This document shows, piece after piece, positions 27,899 through 37,666 of a DNA stretch of 64,000 nucleotides (position 1 is its first letter; the number at the start of each line of letters is the position of its first letter). Position numbers and translations under genes: made by a program. Source of the DNA: Candidatus Vogelbacteria bacterium RIFOXYD1_FULL_44_32. Its GTDB lineage: Bacteria; Patescibacteriota; Minisyncoccia; Phycocordibacterales; XYD1-FULL-46-19. Where the stretch lies: positions 37,839 through 101,838 of the forward strand of contig MHTJ01000004.1 of assembly GCA_001823065.1 (NCBI GenBank), given 5' to 3'. The notes below the pieces were generated by a model that was not told the DNA's origin, made no database searches, and saw nothing but the letters and a program-made list of their open reading frames with translations.

Positions 27899-29224
27899 AT
27901 GAATTTTAAGCCCAAATTAAATCATTTGGTTTTGTTTTTTTTGGTTTTTACTCTCCTGCCAAGCTTGGTTATAGCTGAAACTCCCGAGCAAAAAGAAGCG
28001 CGCGAGTCGGCTTTGCGGAAGGAGCTGGCTCAAGTCGAGGCCGACATTGCGGCTAATACAAAAAAACTGCAAATCAAACAGGGTGAAGCCTCGTCTATTA
28101 GTCGTGACATCCAGATTTTGACTTATCAAATCAATCAGGCCAAATTAAAAATTCGGCAAAAACAAATAGAGATTGAGCGTCTAGGCGGGGATATCACTAA
28201 ACGAGAAAAAACTATTACCACTTTGTCGACCAAGATTGAAGAAGAGAAGGAGTCGCTGGCCGAGCTTTTGCGAAAAACCAAAGAACTTGACCATGTGACC
28301 ATGCCGGAGGTTATTTTAGGTAATGATATTTTGTCGGATTTTTTTGTGGATTTAAATTCTTTTAATTTTATTCAGGCTAGTGTCCATGGTTCTTTCCTGG
28401 TGATGCGTGATACGCAAGTAGAAACGACTAAAGAAAAAATTACTCTAGAAAGAAGGCGTGACGCTGAACGTGATGCCAAAAGGGTGATTGAGGAGGAAAC
28501 AAAAAAAATTCAAACGGCGGAAGCCGAGAAAAAACGGTTATTGGCTTTGACTAATCAAGCGGCCGCCTCGTATAAAGGGATTATCGCTGAGCGGGAAGCT
28601 AGGCGAGCTGTGATCCGGAGTGCCCTATTTAAATTGCGTGATACCACTAGTATTTCTTTTGGGGAAGCGGTTGATATGGCTATTCGTCTGTCTAAACAAA
28701 CTGGAGTCCGGCCGGCTTTTGCGCTCGCTATTTTAAAACAAGAAACAAATATTGGTCAAAATGTGGGGACATGTAATCGAGCCGGCGACCCACCAGAGAA
28801 ACACTGGAAAATGATTATGCATCCAACCCGTGACCAGGCTCCATATTTGAGGATAGTGACCGAATTGGGGCTTGATCCCGAGGCTACCCCACTTTCCTGT
28901 GCTATGAGTTATGGCTATGGTGGGGCCATGGGTCCAGCTCAATTTATTCCTTCAACTTGGGAGCCCTATAAGGCGCGTATTTCGGCTGTGACAGGCAATA
29001 CCCCACCAAACCCTTGGCGACCATTCGATGCCTTTGCTGCTTCCCAGCTTCTACTACGTGATCTGGGGGCGGCCGGTGGGGGCTATACCTCCGAGCGGAC
29101 GGCGGCCTTGCGGTACTATGCTGGTGGCAACTGGGCCGATCCCCGCAATGCTTTTTATGGGGACTCGGTGATGAGGTTGGCCACTGAAATGCAAGCCCAA
29201 ATTGACATCTTGCAGACCAACTAG
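27899..29224 (+). CDS. Secreted coiled-coil protein with C-terminal lytic transglycosylase domain
   Basis: Signal peptide, long coiled coil, AILKQET...GGAMGPAQFIPSTW. Confidence 0.85.
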   Translation: MNFKPKLNHLVLFFLVFTLLPSLVIAETPEQKEARESALRKELAQVEADIAANTKKLQIKQGEASSISRDIQILTYQINQAKLKIRQKQIEIERLGGDITKREKTITTLSTKIEEEKESLAELLRKTKELDHVTMPEVILGNDILSDFFVDLNSFNFIQASVHGSFLVMRDTQVETTKEKITLERRRDAERDAKRVIEEETKKIQTAEAEKKRLLALTNQAAASYKGIIAEREARRAVIRSALFKLRDTTSISFGEAVDMAIRLSKQTGVRPAFALAILKQETNIGQNVGTCNRAGDPPEKHWKMIMHPTRDQAPYLRIVTELGLDPEATPLSCAMSYGYGGAMGPAQFIPSTWEPYKARISAVTGNTPPNPWRPFDAFAASQLLLRDLGAAGGGYTSERTAALRYYAGGNWADPRNAFYGDSVMRLATEMQAQIDILQTN

Positions 29225-29245
29225 TCGTGTGTTAAACTCAAACCC

Positions 29246-29515
29246 ATGCAAAAAGACATCCACCCTACTTACTATCCGGATGCGAAAGTGACCTGCGCTT
29301 GCGGGAATTCTTTTACGGTGGGTTCAACTAAAGAAACCATTAGCGTGGAAGTTTGTGCCGCTTGTCACCCCTTTTTCACTGGTAATGAAAAAGTGATGGA
29401 TACGGCTGGCCGAGTGGAAAAATTCAAGGCTCGAGCCAAACAAGCGACCGCTCCTAAAAACAAAAAGACGGCGACCAAAAAAAAGGAGACCAAGCAGGCT
29501 GAAACAGAAGCTTAA
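29246..29515 (+). CDS. rpmE: 50S ribosomal protein bL31
   Basis: [26 protein letters not shown]. Confidence 0.96.
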   Translation: MQKDIHPTYYPDAKVTCACGNSFTVGSTKETISVEVCAACHPFFTGNEKVMDTAGRVEKFKARAKQATAPKNKKTATKKKETKQAETEA

Positions 29516-29590
29516 ATTAAATCACTACCACCAACGCATTCATTTGATATGCGTTGGTTTCGTTTTGGCCTAGCGGTATAATGAAGCCAT

Positions 29591-30592
29591 ATGATAAATA
29601 TTGATGAGCAAAACTTAAATTTAGCTGATTACCGGCAAAATCAAAAGACGGCTTTTTTGATGATGGAATATGATCGTCTAACCAAAAAAATTAGCGAAGC
29701 CGAAACAGTGGCCGACGGTGATAAAGATCTGGCCGAATTGGTGGCGACCGAAATCAATGATTTACAGCGTCAGAGGGGGGATATTTTAACCAGTATTCAA
29801 AATATTGTCGCCAAGGAAGTGGCCGATGATGAAGTGATCAATGAAGTGATTATGGAAATTAGAGCTGGCGCGGGCGGAGAAGAATCGGCTTTGTTTGCGA
29901 CCAATCTTAAAGAAATGTACGAGGCCTACGCGGTGGTGCAGGGCTGGGTTTTTCAAGTTTTAGATGAATCGCCGTCAGAACTAGGTGGCTACAAAGAAGT
30001 TTCAATTGAAATAAAAGGGAGAAATATTTATGATAATTTGCGTTATGAAACTGGGGTGCATCGGGTGCAGAGAATTCCCGCGACCGAAAAGCAGGGCCGG
30101 GTCCATACCTCCACGGCCTCGGTGGCGGTGATGCCGATTCGCAAAAAAACCAAAGTAGTTATTAACCCGGCTGATCTGGAAATAGAGACAACCCGCTCGG
30201 GTGGGGCGGGTGGCCAAAATGTGAACAAGGTGGAAACGGCGGTGCGGATAGTACACAAGCCAACTGGTATTGCTGTCCGTAGCCAAAGTGAGCGATTTCA
30301 GCAAAGAAATCGCGAAAAGGCGATGTTAATTTTGGAAGCCAAATTAAATGAGTTACAAGAGGTGGCTGACAAAAAAGAGGAGACAGACGAAAGGCGGAGC
30401 CAGATTGGCACAGGCGACCGAAGTGAAAAAATCAGGACCTATAATATTTTACAAGACCGAGTCACCGACCATCGCATCAAGGAATCTTGGCATGGGATTG
30501 AACGGATTTTAGCCGGTGACATCGGGCCGATTGTGAGGGCCCTGGCCGAGGCTGGTGGGGGCGTGATTGTCGCCGGGGAAGAGGAGGAGTAA
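29591..30592 (+). CDS. prfA: Peptide chain release factor 1
   Basis: [12 protein letters not shown] (PxT motif), [16 protein letters not shown]. Confidence 0.93.
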   Translation: MINIDEQNLNLADYRQNQKTAFLMMEYDRLTKKISEAETVADGDKDLAELVATEINDLQRQRGDILTSIQNIVAKEVADDEVINEVIMEIRAGAGGEESALFATNLKEMYEAYAVVQGWVFQVLDESPSELGGYKEVSIEIKGRNIYDNLRYETGVHRVQRIPATEKQGRVHTSTASVAVMPIRKKTKVVINPADLEIETTRSGGAGGQNVNKVETAVRIVHKPTGIAVRSQSERFQQRNREKAMLILEAKLNELQEVADKKEETDERRSQIGTGDRSEKIRTYNILQDRVTDHRIKESWHGIERILAGDIGPIVRALAEAGGGVIVAGEEEE

Positions 30593-30645
30593 TTTGGGGT
30601 CTAAATATTGCCAATTTCCCTGATATTTGTTAGACTACTTGCCGT

Positions 30646-31410
30646 ATGCAAAATACCCCGACTAATGAAAAAACAACCGCGGTAGGCGATCTAGTGCACA
30701 ATCTTTTTAAGCTTGGTGCTCATTTTGGTTACAGTCGGGTGCGTCGTCACCCTTCGGCTGACAAGTTTATTTTTGGTTACAAAAACAAGACGGCCATTAT
30801 TGATTTGGAAAAGACAATTATTTCACTAACCAAAGCCAAAGATTTTGTGCGGACTTTGGGTAGCGAAGGTAAGGCAGTGTTGCTAGTTGGTAATAAAAAT
30901 GAAGCCCGAGTGGCAGTCAAAAAAGCGGCTCAATTGGCTGGGTTGCCTTATTCGGCCGAGCGTTGGATAGGTGGTACTCTCACCAACACTAAACAAATTA
31001 AGACCCGACTGAAACGGTTGGAGGAAATAAAAGCCGCTGAAACTTCGGGTGAGATAATGAAATATACTAAAAAAGAAAGAGGATTAATTAGTAAAGAAAA
31101 AAATGATTTAGAGCGTCACTTTGGTGGAATTGTGGAGATGGCCAAAATGCCGGCCGCCCTGTTTGTGATTGATTCTACCGCGGAGGCAATTGCGATTGCG
31201 GAAGCTAACAAATTAAATATTCCGGTGATTGCCTTGTCTAATTCTGATTGCGATATTCGTGGTATTGCCTATCCGATTATTGGCAATGACGGTTCGGTGG
31301 GAACGATTGCTTTTTTTGCCAATGAAATTGCGGGGGCCTATATTGAAGGCCAGAAAAACCCGGTGACTAAACCAGCCGAGGTCAAAGTGGAAAACAAAGA
31401 GGCAGAGTAA
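30646..31410 (+). CDS. rpsB: 30S ribosomal protein uS2
   Basis: GAHFG, RWIGGTLTN, IIGND. Confidence 0.95.
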   Translation: MQNTPTNEKTTAVGDLVHNLFKLGAHFGYSRVRRHPSADKFIFGYKNKTAIIDLEKTIISLTKAKDFVRTLGSEGKAVLLVGNKNEARVAVKKAAQLAGLPYSAERWIGGTLTNTKQIKTRLKRLEEIKAAETSGEIMKYTKKERGLISKEKNDLERHFGGIVEMAKMPAALFVIDSTAEAIAIAEANKLNIPVIALSNSDCDIRGIAYPIIGNDGSVGTIAFFANEIAGAYIEGQKNPVTKPAEVKVENKEAE

Positions 31411-31438
31411 TGTTTTTTGTAATATAATTTTACACATT

Positions 31439-31894
31439 ATGGCAGATACCCAATCAATTAAAGTTCTGCGCGATCAGACGGGAATTTCTCTAGCCGAATG
31501 CAAGAAAGCGCTAGATGAGGCTGGTGGCGATTTGGCCAAAGCCCAGGTGGTTTTGAAAGCGAAGGGGGCTGAAACGGCGGACAAAAAATCTGACCGGAAC
31601 CTTGGTTCCGGGGTAGTGGAGTGTTATATTCACGGGGCAGGGGCGATTGGGGCTATGGTAGAATTGGCTTGCGAGACCGACTTTGTGGCCAAAAATGTTG
31701 ATTTTAAAGCTTTAGCTTCGGATATTGCACTACATATAGTGGCCAGTGCTCCCGAAACGGTAGCCGAGTTGCTGGCTCAAGAATTTGTCAAAGACCCGAG
31801 TCAGACGGTGGAGACGCTTATCCAACAGGGAACTCAAAAATTTGGCGAAAGGATTGTGCTCACTCGCTTTGCGCGCTTTGCTCTAGGGGCTTAG
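31439..31894 (+). CDS. tsf: Elongation factor Ts, short form
   Basis: LRDQTG...CKKAL, CETDFVA; only 151 aa. Confidence 0.93.
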   Translation: MADTQSIKVLRDQTGISLAECKKALDEAGGDLAKAQVVLKAKGAETADKKSDRNLGSGVVECYIHGAGAIGAMVELACETDFVAKNVDFKALASDIALHIVASAPETVAELLAQEFVKDPSQTVETLIQQGTQKFGERIVLTRFARFALGA

Positions 31895-31900
31895 TTTTCT

Positions 31901-32320
31901 ATGATTTTTCTTATTACTATGACGGTTATATGTTTTGGGCTGGTCGCCTACTTAGTAGGTCGTCAGCTTTTGTTGTTACGCCGAGGTGAAGTGCAATTAA
32001 ACCAAGAAGCACCCACCTTATCTTTTGCTGATTATTTAAGTCTTAGTCTTGATAAAATGGCCGGCCAACTTTCCCACTTTAGCCACGAGCTAATGCACTT
32101 GGTGTCTATTCTATCTTTACTGGGGGCAAAAAAGGTGGCGGCGGTGGTCAAGCATAACACCGGGCGGATTGAGCGAGTCTTGGGTCAGGTTTTGCGGGCG
32201 ACCCATGAGAGGCGCAAGCGGGGCCGAGGGGAGCGGGGCTCGACGTCTATGTTTCTGCGCGAGATTGAGTTGCATCAGTCGAAGGTAAAGGAAAATTTAA
32301 ATACTTATTCTAGGAATTAG
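31901..32320 (+). CDS. Hypothetical membrane protein
   Basis: N-terminal TM helix; directly after tsf. Confidence 0.7.
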   Translation: MIFLITMTVICFGLVAYLVGRQLLLLRRGEVQLNQEAPTLSFADYLSLSLDKMAGQLSHFSHELMHLVSILSLLGAKKVAAVVKHNTGRIERVLGQVLRATHERRKRGRGERGSTSMFLREIELHQSKVKENLNTYSRN

Positions 32321-32363
32321 AATTTGTCGATGTTTGTTAAAAAATAGGTTATAGTAGATTTTT

Positions 32364-32436
32364 GCCGGCATAGCTCAGTTGGTAGAGCGCCACTTTTGTA
32401 AAGTGGATGTCCGGGGTTCGAACCCTCGTGCCGGCT
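32364..32436 (+). tRNA. tRNA-Thr(TGT), CCA not encoded
   Basis: Acceptor GCCGGCA/TGCCGGC, anticodon arm CCACT-TT-TGT-AA-AGTGG, T-loop TTCGAAC. Confidence 0.95.
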
Positions 32437-32592
32437 CAGAGAGACGACAAAGCAAGCAAACTGCTTTGCTTGTGTGAGGGTGAGAAAAGATTTTTGTTGT
32501 TTTTCCAGCCGGGAAAATCAAAAATCTGGGGTTGAGGAAAAAACTTTTGGCGAAAAGTTTTTGAGGTGACCGAACCCTCGTGCCGGCTCAGA
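32419..32592 (+). repeat. 22-bp direct repeat of the tRNA-Thr 3' end bracketing a 130-bp hairpin-rich insert
   Basis: cgaaccctcgtgccggctcaga at 32419-32440 and 32571-32592. Confidence 0.9.
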
Positions 32593-32626
32593 AGGATCTT
32601 TTGGGAAGTAAGAAAAGAGAAAGGAA

Positions 32627-32827
32627 TTGATTATGACCGAGACAGAAGAAATGATTCACCAGCGTTTTAAGAAGGCACTGGAAGAACACGGTCGGCGTTT
32701 GGACGATCCCGATTATCGCCGAAGATTGGAGATCTCGGCACTCCAGACCTCTGTCGCCGTTTCAGTATCAATCCAGGCGCAAAGACAGGCGGCGGCTATG
32801 GAGCACAGAAGTGGTCGCCGATATTAG
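32627..32827 (+). CDS. Small hypothetical protein
   Basis: 66-aa ORF, purine-rich upstream, followed by terminator aacggcccacagttgtgggccgtttc. Confidence 0.5.
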   Translation: MIMTETEEMIHQRFKKALEEHGRRLDDPDYRRRLEISALQTSVAVSVSIQAQRQAAAMEHRSGRRY

Positions 32828-32894
32828 GACGAACTAAACGGCCCACAGTTGTGGGCCGTTTCTTTTTTGGGTTTTTTTCGCTATACTCACCTCT

Positions 32895-33602
32895 ATGGAA
32901 GAAACTAAACAGTTGGGACACCTACACCCTCTCACCCAAATGATGAGTGAGATGTCGGATATTTTTCGCGAAATGGGTTTTCGGGTGGCCGATGGGCCCG
33001 AGAAAGAGTCCGAATGGAATAACTTCGACGCTTTAAATATCCCGGCCAATCACCCGGCGCGAGCGATGCAAGATACCTTCTGGGTAAAGCCGCATACAGC
33101 TGGCCAGCTGCTTCGAACTCATACCACTTCAGTATCACTACGGGAATTGGCAAAAAAACAGCTGCCACTACGGGTAGTGTCGCCTGGTCGTGTTTTCCGT
33201 AATGAAGCGACTGATGCTACTCATGAGGCGCAGTTCTATCAGTTTGATGGTCTCGCTATCGACCGACCCGGGGTAATTTCGATGGCTCACCTGAAAGGGG
33301 TGTTGTCGACTTTGTATAAAAGACTTTTTGGCGAAAATATCGAGATGCGCTTCCGGGCTAGCTTCTTTCCGTTTGTGGAGCCGGGAGTAGAAGTGGATAT
33401 TAAATGGGGCGACCGCTGGCTGGAAGTGGTCGGTGCCGGACTTTTGCACCCCAATGTTTTTAAAGCAGCCGGGATAGACCCGAATGAGTGGCAGGGGCTC
33501 GCGTTTGGTGGTGGGGTGGACCGCTTGGCGATGATCAAATACGGTATTGAGGATGTCCGGCATTTTTACCAAGGGGATACGCGTTTTCTCAAACAATTTT
33601 AA
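32895..33602 (+). CDS. pheS: Phenylalanyl-tRNA synthetase alpha subunit (catalytic core only)
   Basis: GHLHP, NFDALN...HPARAMQDTF, FPFVEPG, GLAFGGGVDR. Confidence 0.95.
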   Translation: MEETKQLGHLHPLTQMMSEMSDIFREMGFRVADGPEKESEWNNFDALNIPANHPARAMQDTFWVKPHTAGQLLRTHTTSVSLRELAKKQLPLRVVSPGRVFRNEATDATHEAQFYQFDGLAIDRPGVISMAHLKGVLSTLYKRLFGENIEMRFRASFFPFVEPGVEVDIKWGDRWLEVVGAGLLHPNVFKAAGIDPNEWQGLAFGGGVDRLAMIKYGIEDVRHFYQGDTRFLKQF

Positions 33603-33604
33603 TT

Positions 33605-34870
33605 ATGTGGTTCAAATATAAAGAAATCGAGAGTCATTTTGTGACGTCCTTGCCGGGAGTAGGAGCGGTGGCCGAGGCGCTTATTAACCATGCATTTGAG
33701 GTGGAAGAAATGGTAGAAAAAGATGGTGATATGGAAATGGATATTAAAATTTTGCCTGATAGGGCTAGTGACGCTAAAAGTGTGTTAGGTGTCGCGCGAG
33801 AAGTATCGGCTGTTATGAATTTGCCGCTTAAAGATGAATATAAATTTACAACGACCAAAGAATCGGCTCGAACTACGATAGAATTTTCGGCCAAAGTCAT
33901 TTCCGATCTGGTTGGTGTCGAATTTTCAGTTGAAGATATAAAGAGTTACCTCTCTCGAGTAGGAGTACTCGTTGAAGGAGAAGAAACACTGACAGCTCAT
34001 ATCCCCGCTGAGCGACAAGATTTAAATATTAAAGAAGATTTGGCCGATGAGGTGGCTCGCCTTTATGGTTACGCTAATGTACCGGCGCGGGCACTGCTTG
34101 CGCCGGTTGTCGCCCCTGTCGACCACCCTGACTTTATCCTTTCTAACCAAATTCGTGAATTCTTCGCCCGCGGTGGCTTTACGGAAGTTTATGGCTACTC
34201 TTTTACCGCAAAAGGCGTGGTGGAAATTGAAAAACCCTTGGCTTCCGATAAGGCATATCTGCGCACTAATTTAACTGATTGGATGTCAGCTACTTTAGTT
34301 TCTAATATCAAGCACTCACTATTTCCCAAAGATGAAGTAAAACTTTTTGAGATTGGTAATGTTTTTGTTTCCGAAGACGAAGAACAAAAGCGGATTTGCG
34401 TGGCTGCTAATATTTCACTTCAGTCTGTTATTAACGAACTAAAACAAGAATTTAATATCACCGAATTACCCGAGATTAAAAAGATCGAAGGTGGAGAAGT
34501 AGTTGAACTTTTGCTTTCAAGCTTAAAAGCTAAGGACGGCGCGGCCGATCTTTCGCCGTTTATTAAATCCGATGTCAACTATAAACCAGTCTCGGTCTAC
34601 CCCCGCATTGTCCGTGATATCGCTCTTTTTGTACCAGCCGGTACTGCTAGTAGCGAAGTGGGGGAGATGATTAAACAAAACGCAGGCCCGCTCCTTGCCG
34701 AAGGTCCTATCCTTTTTGATGAATTCACGAAGCCGGGCGAAGACCGTACTTCGCTCGCATACCGCCTGGCTTTCCAGGCTTCCGATCGGACATTGGAAGA
34801 TGCTGAAGTAAATACCCTAATGGAAAAAGTTTATAAGGTGGTGAAGGAAAGAGGTTGGGAAGTCAGATAA
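33605..34870 (+). CDS. pheT: Phenylalanyl-tRNA synthetase beta subunit (shortened)
   Basis: PDRASD..S..GVARE, R.DL..KEDLADEVARLYGY, C-terminal anticodon-binding YP.IVRDI...DRTL. Confidence 0.9.
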   Translation: MWFKYKEIESHFVTSLPGVGAVAEALINHAFEVEEMVEKDGDMEMDIKILPDRASDAKSVLGVAREVSAVMNLPLKDEYKFTTTKESARTTIEFSAKVISDLVGVEFSVEDIKSYLSRVGVLVEGEETLTAHIPAERQDLNIKEDLADEVARLYGYANVPARALLAPVVAPVDHPDFILSNQIREFFARGGFTEVYGYSFTAKGVVEIEKPLASDKAYLRTNLTDWMSATLVSNIKHSLFPKDEVKLFEIGNVFVSEDEEQKRICVAANISLQSVINELKQEFNITELPEIKKIEGGEVVELLLSSLKAKDGAADLSPFIKSDVNYKPVSVYPRIVRDIALFVPAGTASSEVGEMIKQNAGPLLAEGPILFDEFTKPGEDRTSLAYRLAFQASDRTLEDAEVNTLMEKVYKVVKERGWEVR

Positions 34871-34996
34871 GTGTGGCTAAATCGCCTTCGGCGATTACCC
34901 GGCCTTACCGGATTTTTTGGCAAGGTTTAGGGGAAGTGAGATAAAAAAGTAAAAAATAAACAGAAAAAGCCCTGTAGGCAGGACTTTTTCTGTTTA

Positions 34997-35024
34997 TTGA
35001 CAAAAAATATAGATAGTGTATAAT
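34997..35024 (+). promoter_or_regulatory. Consensus sigma70 promoter
   Basis: TTGACA-16-TATAAT. Confidence 0.7.
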
Positions 35025-35149
35025 ATACTCAGACTGATTTCTGCTCCAAAGAAGGTTTAAAAAAATTGGTCGGAGCGCTGTTGCTTTGGCCACTCACTGG
35101 GACGTAAAGTTTTTTGCCGGCCATTGTGCGATGGTTAAGGAGGTATGAG

Positions 35150-35476
35150 TTGAATTTTTTTAGGCTCCTGTCAAAGAACCTGATAAACTTATTTGACACG
35201 TTCTTTGTCAGTAAGTTTATGGTGGGGGCGATGGTGTTTTTGTTCATCCTTGTCTCCTACACAGCAGGGCGTGTCCCAGCTTGGGAAAAACCTTGGACCA
35301 CCATGGAGAAATTCATGGAAGGGGGAAAAGTGCTGGCGGCGTTTGGGTTACTCGTAGTGATCGCAACCGTGATGTTGGCGGTTGGGTACGCTCTACGGGG
35401 CGAGGAAGTCGTCAGTGATACCCCAGAGGGATGGAGGAGGTGGTTGAAGAGGAACGATAATAAAAGTAGAAAATAA
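35150..35476 (+). CDS. Hypothetical membrane protein
   Basis: Two hydrophobic segments; AAGGAGG before TTG 35150; hairpin gccgtgggatga...tcatcccacggc downstream. Confidence 0.6.
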   Translation: MNFFRLLSKNLINLFDTFFVSKFMVGAMVFLFILVSYTAGRVPAWEKPWTTMEKFMEGGKVLAAFGLLVVIATVMLAVGYALRGEEVVSDTPEGWRRWLKRNDNKSRK

Positions 35477-35576
35477 TATGAGCCGTGGGATGATGTTCAT
35501 CCCACGGCCTTTGCATGTATAATCCAATTGATAAAATAAGGAAAAATGCTAGTATAAATTAAAATAATAAGATTTT

Positions 35577-37595
35577 ATGCCATTAAAGGAAGATAAATAT
35601 AAGCTCTACTTGGCTTCTGGCATCCGCCTGTGGACGCTATTTTTCAAAGATGGTTATTCCCCTTATTTCAATAAAAAAGTTTCCCTGTTTGAACCGGCGC
35701 TCATAGACAATCAGTACACCGGTGAGCATCGCAAAATACCGATCAAAATTGCGACTAAGGACTTGGGTGAGATAAACAAATGCGATGCGGTGTTAGCCTA
35801 TATGAAAATGTACGATACCCAAGGCAATGGGCCAACGGGTACCGACAGCTCTTGGGAATGTGGTTATGCTATTGGGCAGGAAAAACCGACTATTATGCTG
35901 GTGGAAGATTTGGAACACCTCGACTATTACACATCCCAGTGGATGGTGACTTTTAGTATTGGTGCCATTTTAACTACAGATAAAGAGGTGGCGGAAAGTG
36001 CCCGGCACAGTGATAAGTTTACCCATACCGCCATTTTACTCTGCGAAAACAAAGAGCAGTTTGAAGACAAAATTATAGAGTATTTAGACAAATACTACCG
36101 CTCTATCTATGCACGTGAAGGCGAGATAAACTATTCCGTTGACCAGGAAATTAGAAAGTATGTCGACGAGAAAAATTTGCAGGAGTTTTTTGAGGAGTGC
36201 CAGAGTGGTATACCAGTTGAAGATAAACCCACCACTTGGTATTACGACAAAAAAACTAAATATAATGACCCCACCACCTATCTGGCGGTCTGCACGTCCG
36301 AGGTGGAGCGGGCCGGGCGTCTGGAAAACATAATTGAAAATAATTTTAACGACTTGCCACAGGTCCTTAAAAGTGAAATCGGACAGTTGCTGGAGCAGAT
36401 GGAAAATGACGGAGCCAGTCACGTGGCCGAGATGGCAAGCTACTGGCTTAATATTCCAGCGGCCAAGGTTAAAGACCGCCGGCAGGGCAAGAAAAAAACT
36501 CGCCCAACTATTTTTTATGAGTTATTTGATTTGGTCAGCCACCACATTGTCGCTTCGGAAAGATATTTTGAAGCAGATTTTGTTTATAAAGCCGGAGCAG
36601 TAATTGAAATATATAATTGGCTAAATACCTATGCCATAGATGATGTGTTTGACAGTTCGGCCACTAGGCAGGGTGAGTCGACACTGCATGAAAAATATGG
36701 CAGCCGGCGCAATGCTCTTCTGGTGGGAGGTATTGGCCATTGTCTTGCTCTTTATTTACTGTACGAGTTGACCAAAAAACAACCGGAAGCAGCCAAGGAC
36801 CTGCTTTCGAGCTTAAACAATGTTCAGAAACTAATGTATCTGGGGCAACCTCACGACATTGCTCTCACTTTTGACAGTCGTTGGCAATTAAAATCTTTTA
36901 TAAAAAAGAATAGTTTAGATACGGCCTTACAGCTTTATTTTAAAAGAATATACGGCATTTGCGGGGCGTTTTACGAGGAGATTGGTCGGATGGCGATGAA
37001 GGCGACCAATGTTGGTGCACAATTTTATGATCAAGAGGAAGTCGAGGAAGCCTGTGTTTCCATTGCGCGGCAATTTGGCTTAGTGCAGATGATTCGCAAC
37101 GATCTCGGCGATTTTATTACGGCGGCAGATATGCCGGGGATGAGCAAGGGGATGAAAGATACCTCTCATAACGACATCGCCGAAGGCAAGCTAACACTAC
37201 CTGTCATCTATACACTATTTAGTCCAGAGGTGTCGACGCGCGATAAAAAAATAGTTATCCGGGCACTTGGTAATCGACGACTGAAAGATTCGGCACGAGC
37301 GGAAATCAGTCGAATCATCTGGGAAAGTGGGGCGATAGAATTTTCCCTGCAGTTTATCGACTACTATGTGCGGGCGGTGCGAAGACAATATGTGCGCCAT
37401 ATTAACGAGACGCCGACCCGTTTGAAATGGATTTTGAAGCTGATGGATATTACCCCGCTCATTGATATTTCTTTTCGGCGGGTGGCTTTGGACAGAAAGT
37501 GGCGCAAACTAGAGCCCTTGCCTTTTTCGGACGACATGGTCGGTGAGTTGGATAAACTGGCCGAGAGGGGTAATTTTTTGGAATCACGGAAGTAA
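35577..37595 (+). CDS. Fusion: nucleoside 2-deoxyribosyltransferase/N-glycosidase-like domain plus polyprenyl synthase-like domain
   Basis: N-term LYLAS, DLGEINKCDAVLA, DSSWECGYAIGQEKP; C-term IDDVFD...RQG..TLHEKYG, GQ..D, QMIRNDLGD, DIAEGKLTLPVI. Confidence 0.8.
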   Translation: MPLKEDKYKLYLASGIRLWTLFFKDGYSPYFNKKVSLFEPALIDNQYTGEHRKIPIKIATKDLGEINKCDAVLAYMKMYDTQGNGPTGTDSSWECGYAIGQEKPTIMLVEDLEHLDYYTSQWMVTFSIGAILTTDKEVAESARHSDKFTHTAILLCENKEQFEDKIIEYLDKYYRSIYAREGEINYSVDQEIRKYVDEKNLQEFFEECQSGIPVEDKPTTWYYDKKTKYNDPTTYLAVCTSEVERAGRLENIIENNFNDLPQVLKSEIGQLLEQMENDGASHVAEMASYWLNIPAAKVKDRRQGKKKTRPTIFYELFDLVSHHIVASERYFEADFVYKAGAVIEIYNWLNTYAIDDVFDSSATRQGESTLHEKYGSRRNALLVGGIGHCLALYLLYELTKKQPEAAKDLLSSLNNVQKLMYLGQPHDIALTFDSRWQLKSFIKKNSLDTALQLYFKRIYGICGAFYEEIGRMAMKATNVGAQFYDQEEVEEACVSIARQFGLVQMIRNDLGDFITAADMPGMSKGMKDTSHNDIAEGKLTLPVIYTLFSPEVSTRDKKIVIRALGNRRLKDSARAEISRIIWESGAIEFSLQFIDYYVRAVRRQYVRHINETPTRLKWILKLMDITPLIDISFRRVALDRKWRKLEPLPFSDDMVGELDKLAERGNFLESRK

Positions 37596-37654
37596 ATACC
37601 CTAATGGAAAAAATTTATATGGTGATGAAGGAAAAGGGGTACGAAGTTAGATAG
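37589..37654 (+). pseudogene. Second copy of the pheT 3' end (21 codons plus stop)
   Basis: EVNTLMEKIYMVMKEKGYEVR* versus pheT 34805-34870 EVNTLMEKVYKVVKERGWEVR*; first 24 nt identical. Confidence 0.88.
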
Positions 37655-37666
37655 TCTAAAACTACA

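Noticed and set aside
32419-32592. Prophage or island attL/attR at tRNA-Thr
   Set aside because: Only 130 bp between the repeats and no integrase or phage genes; kept as a miniature element instead
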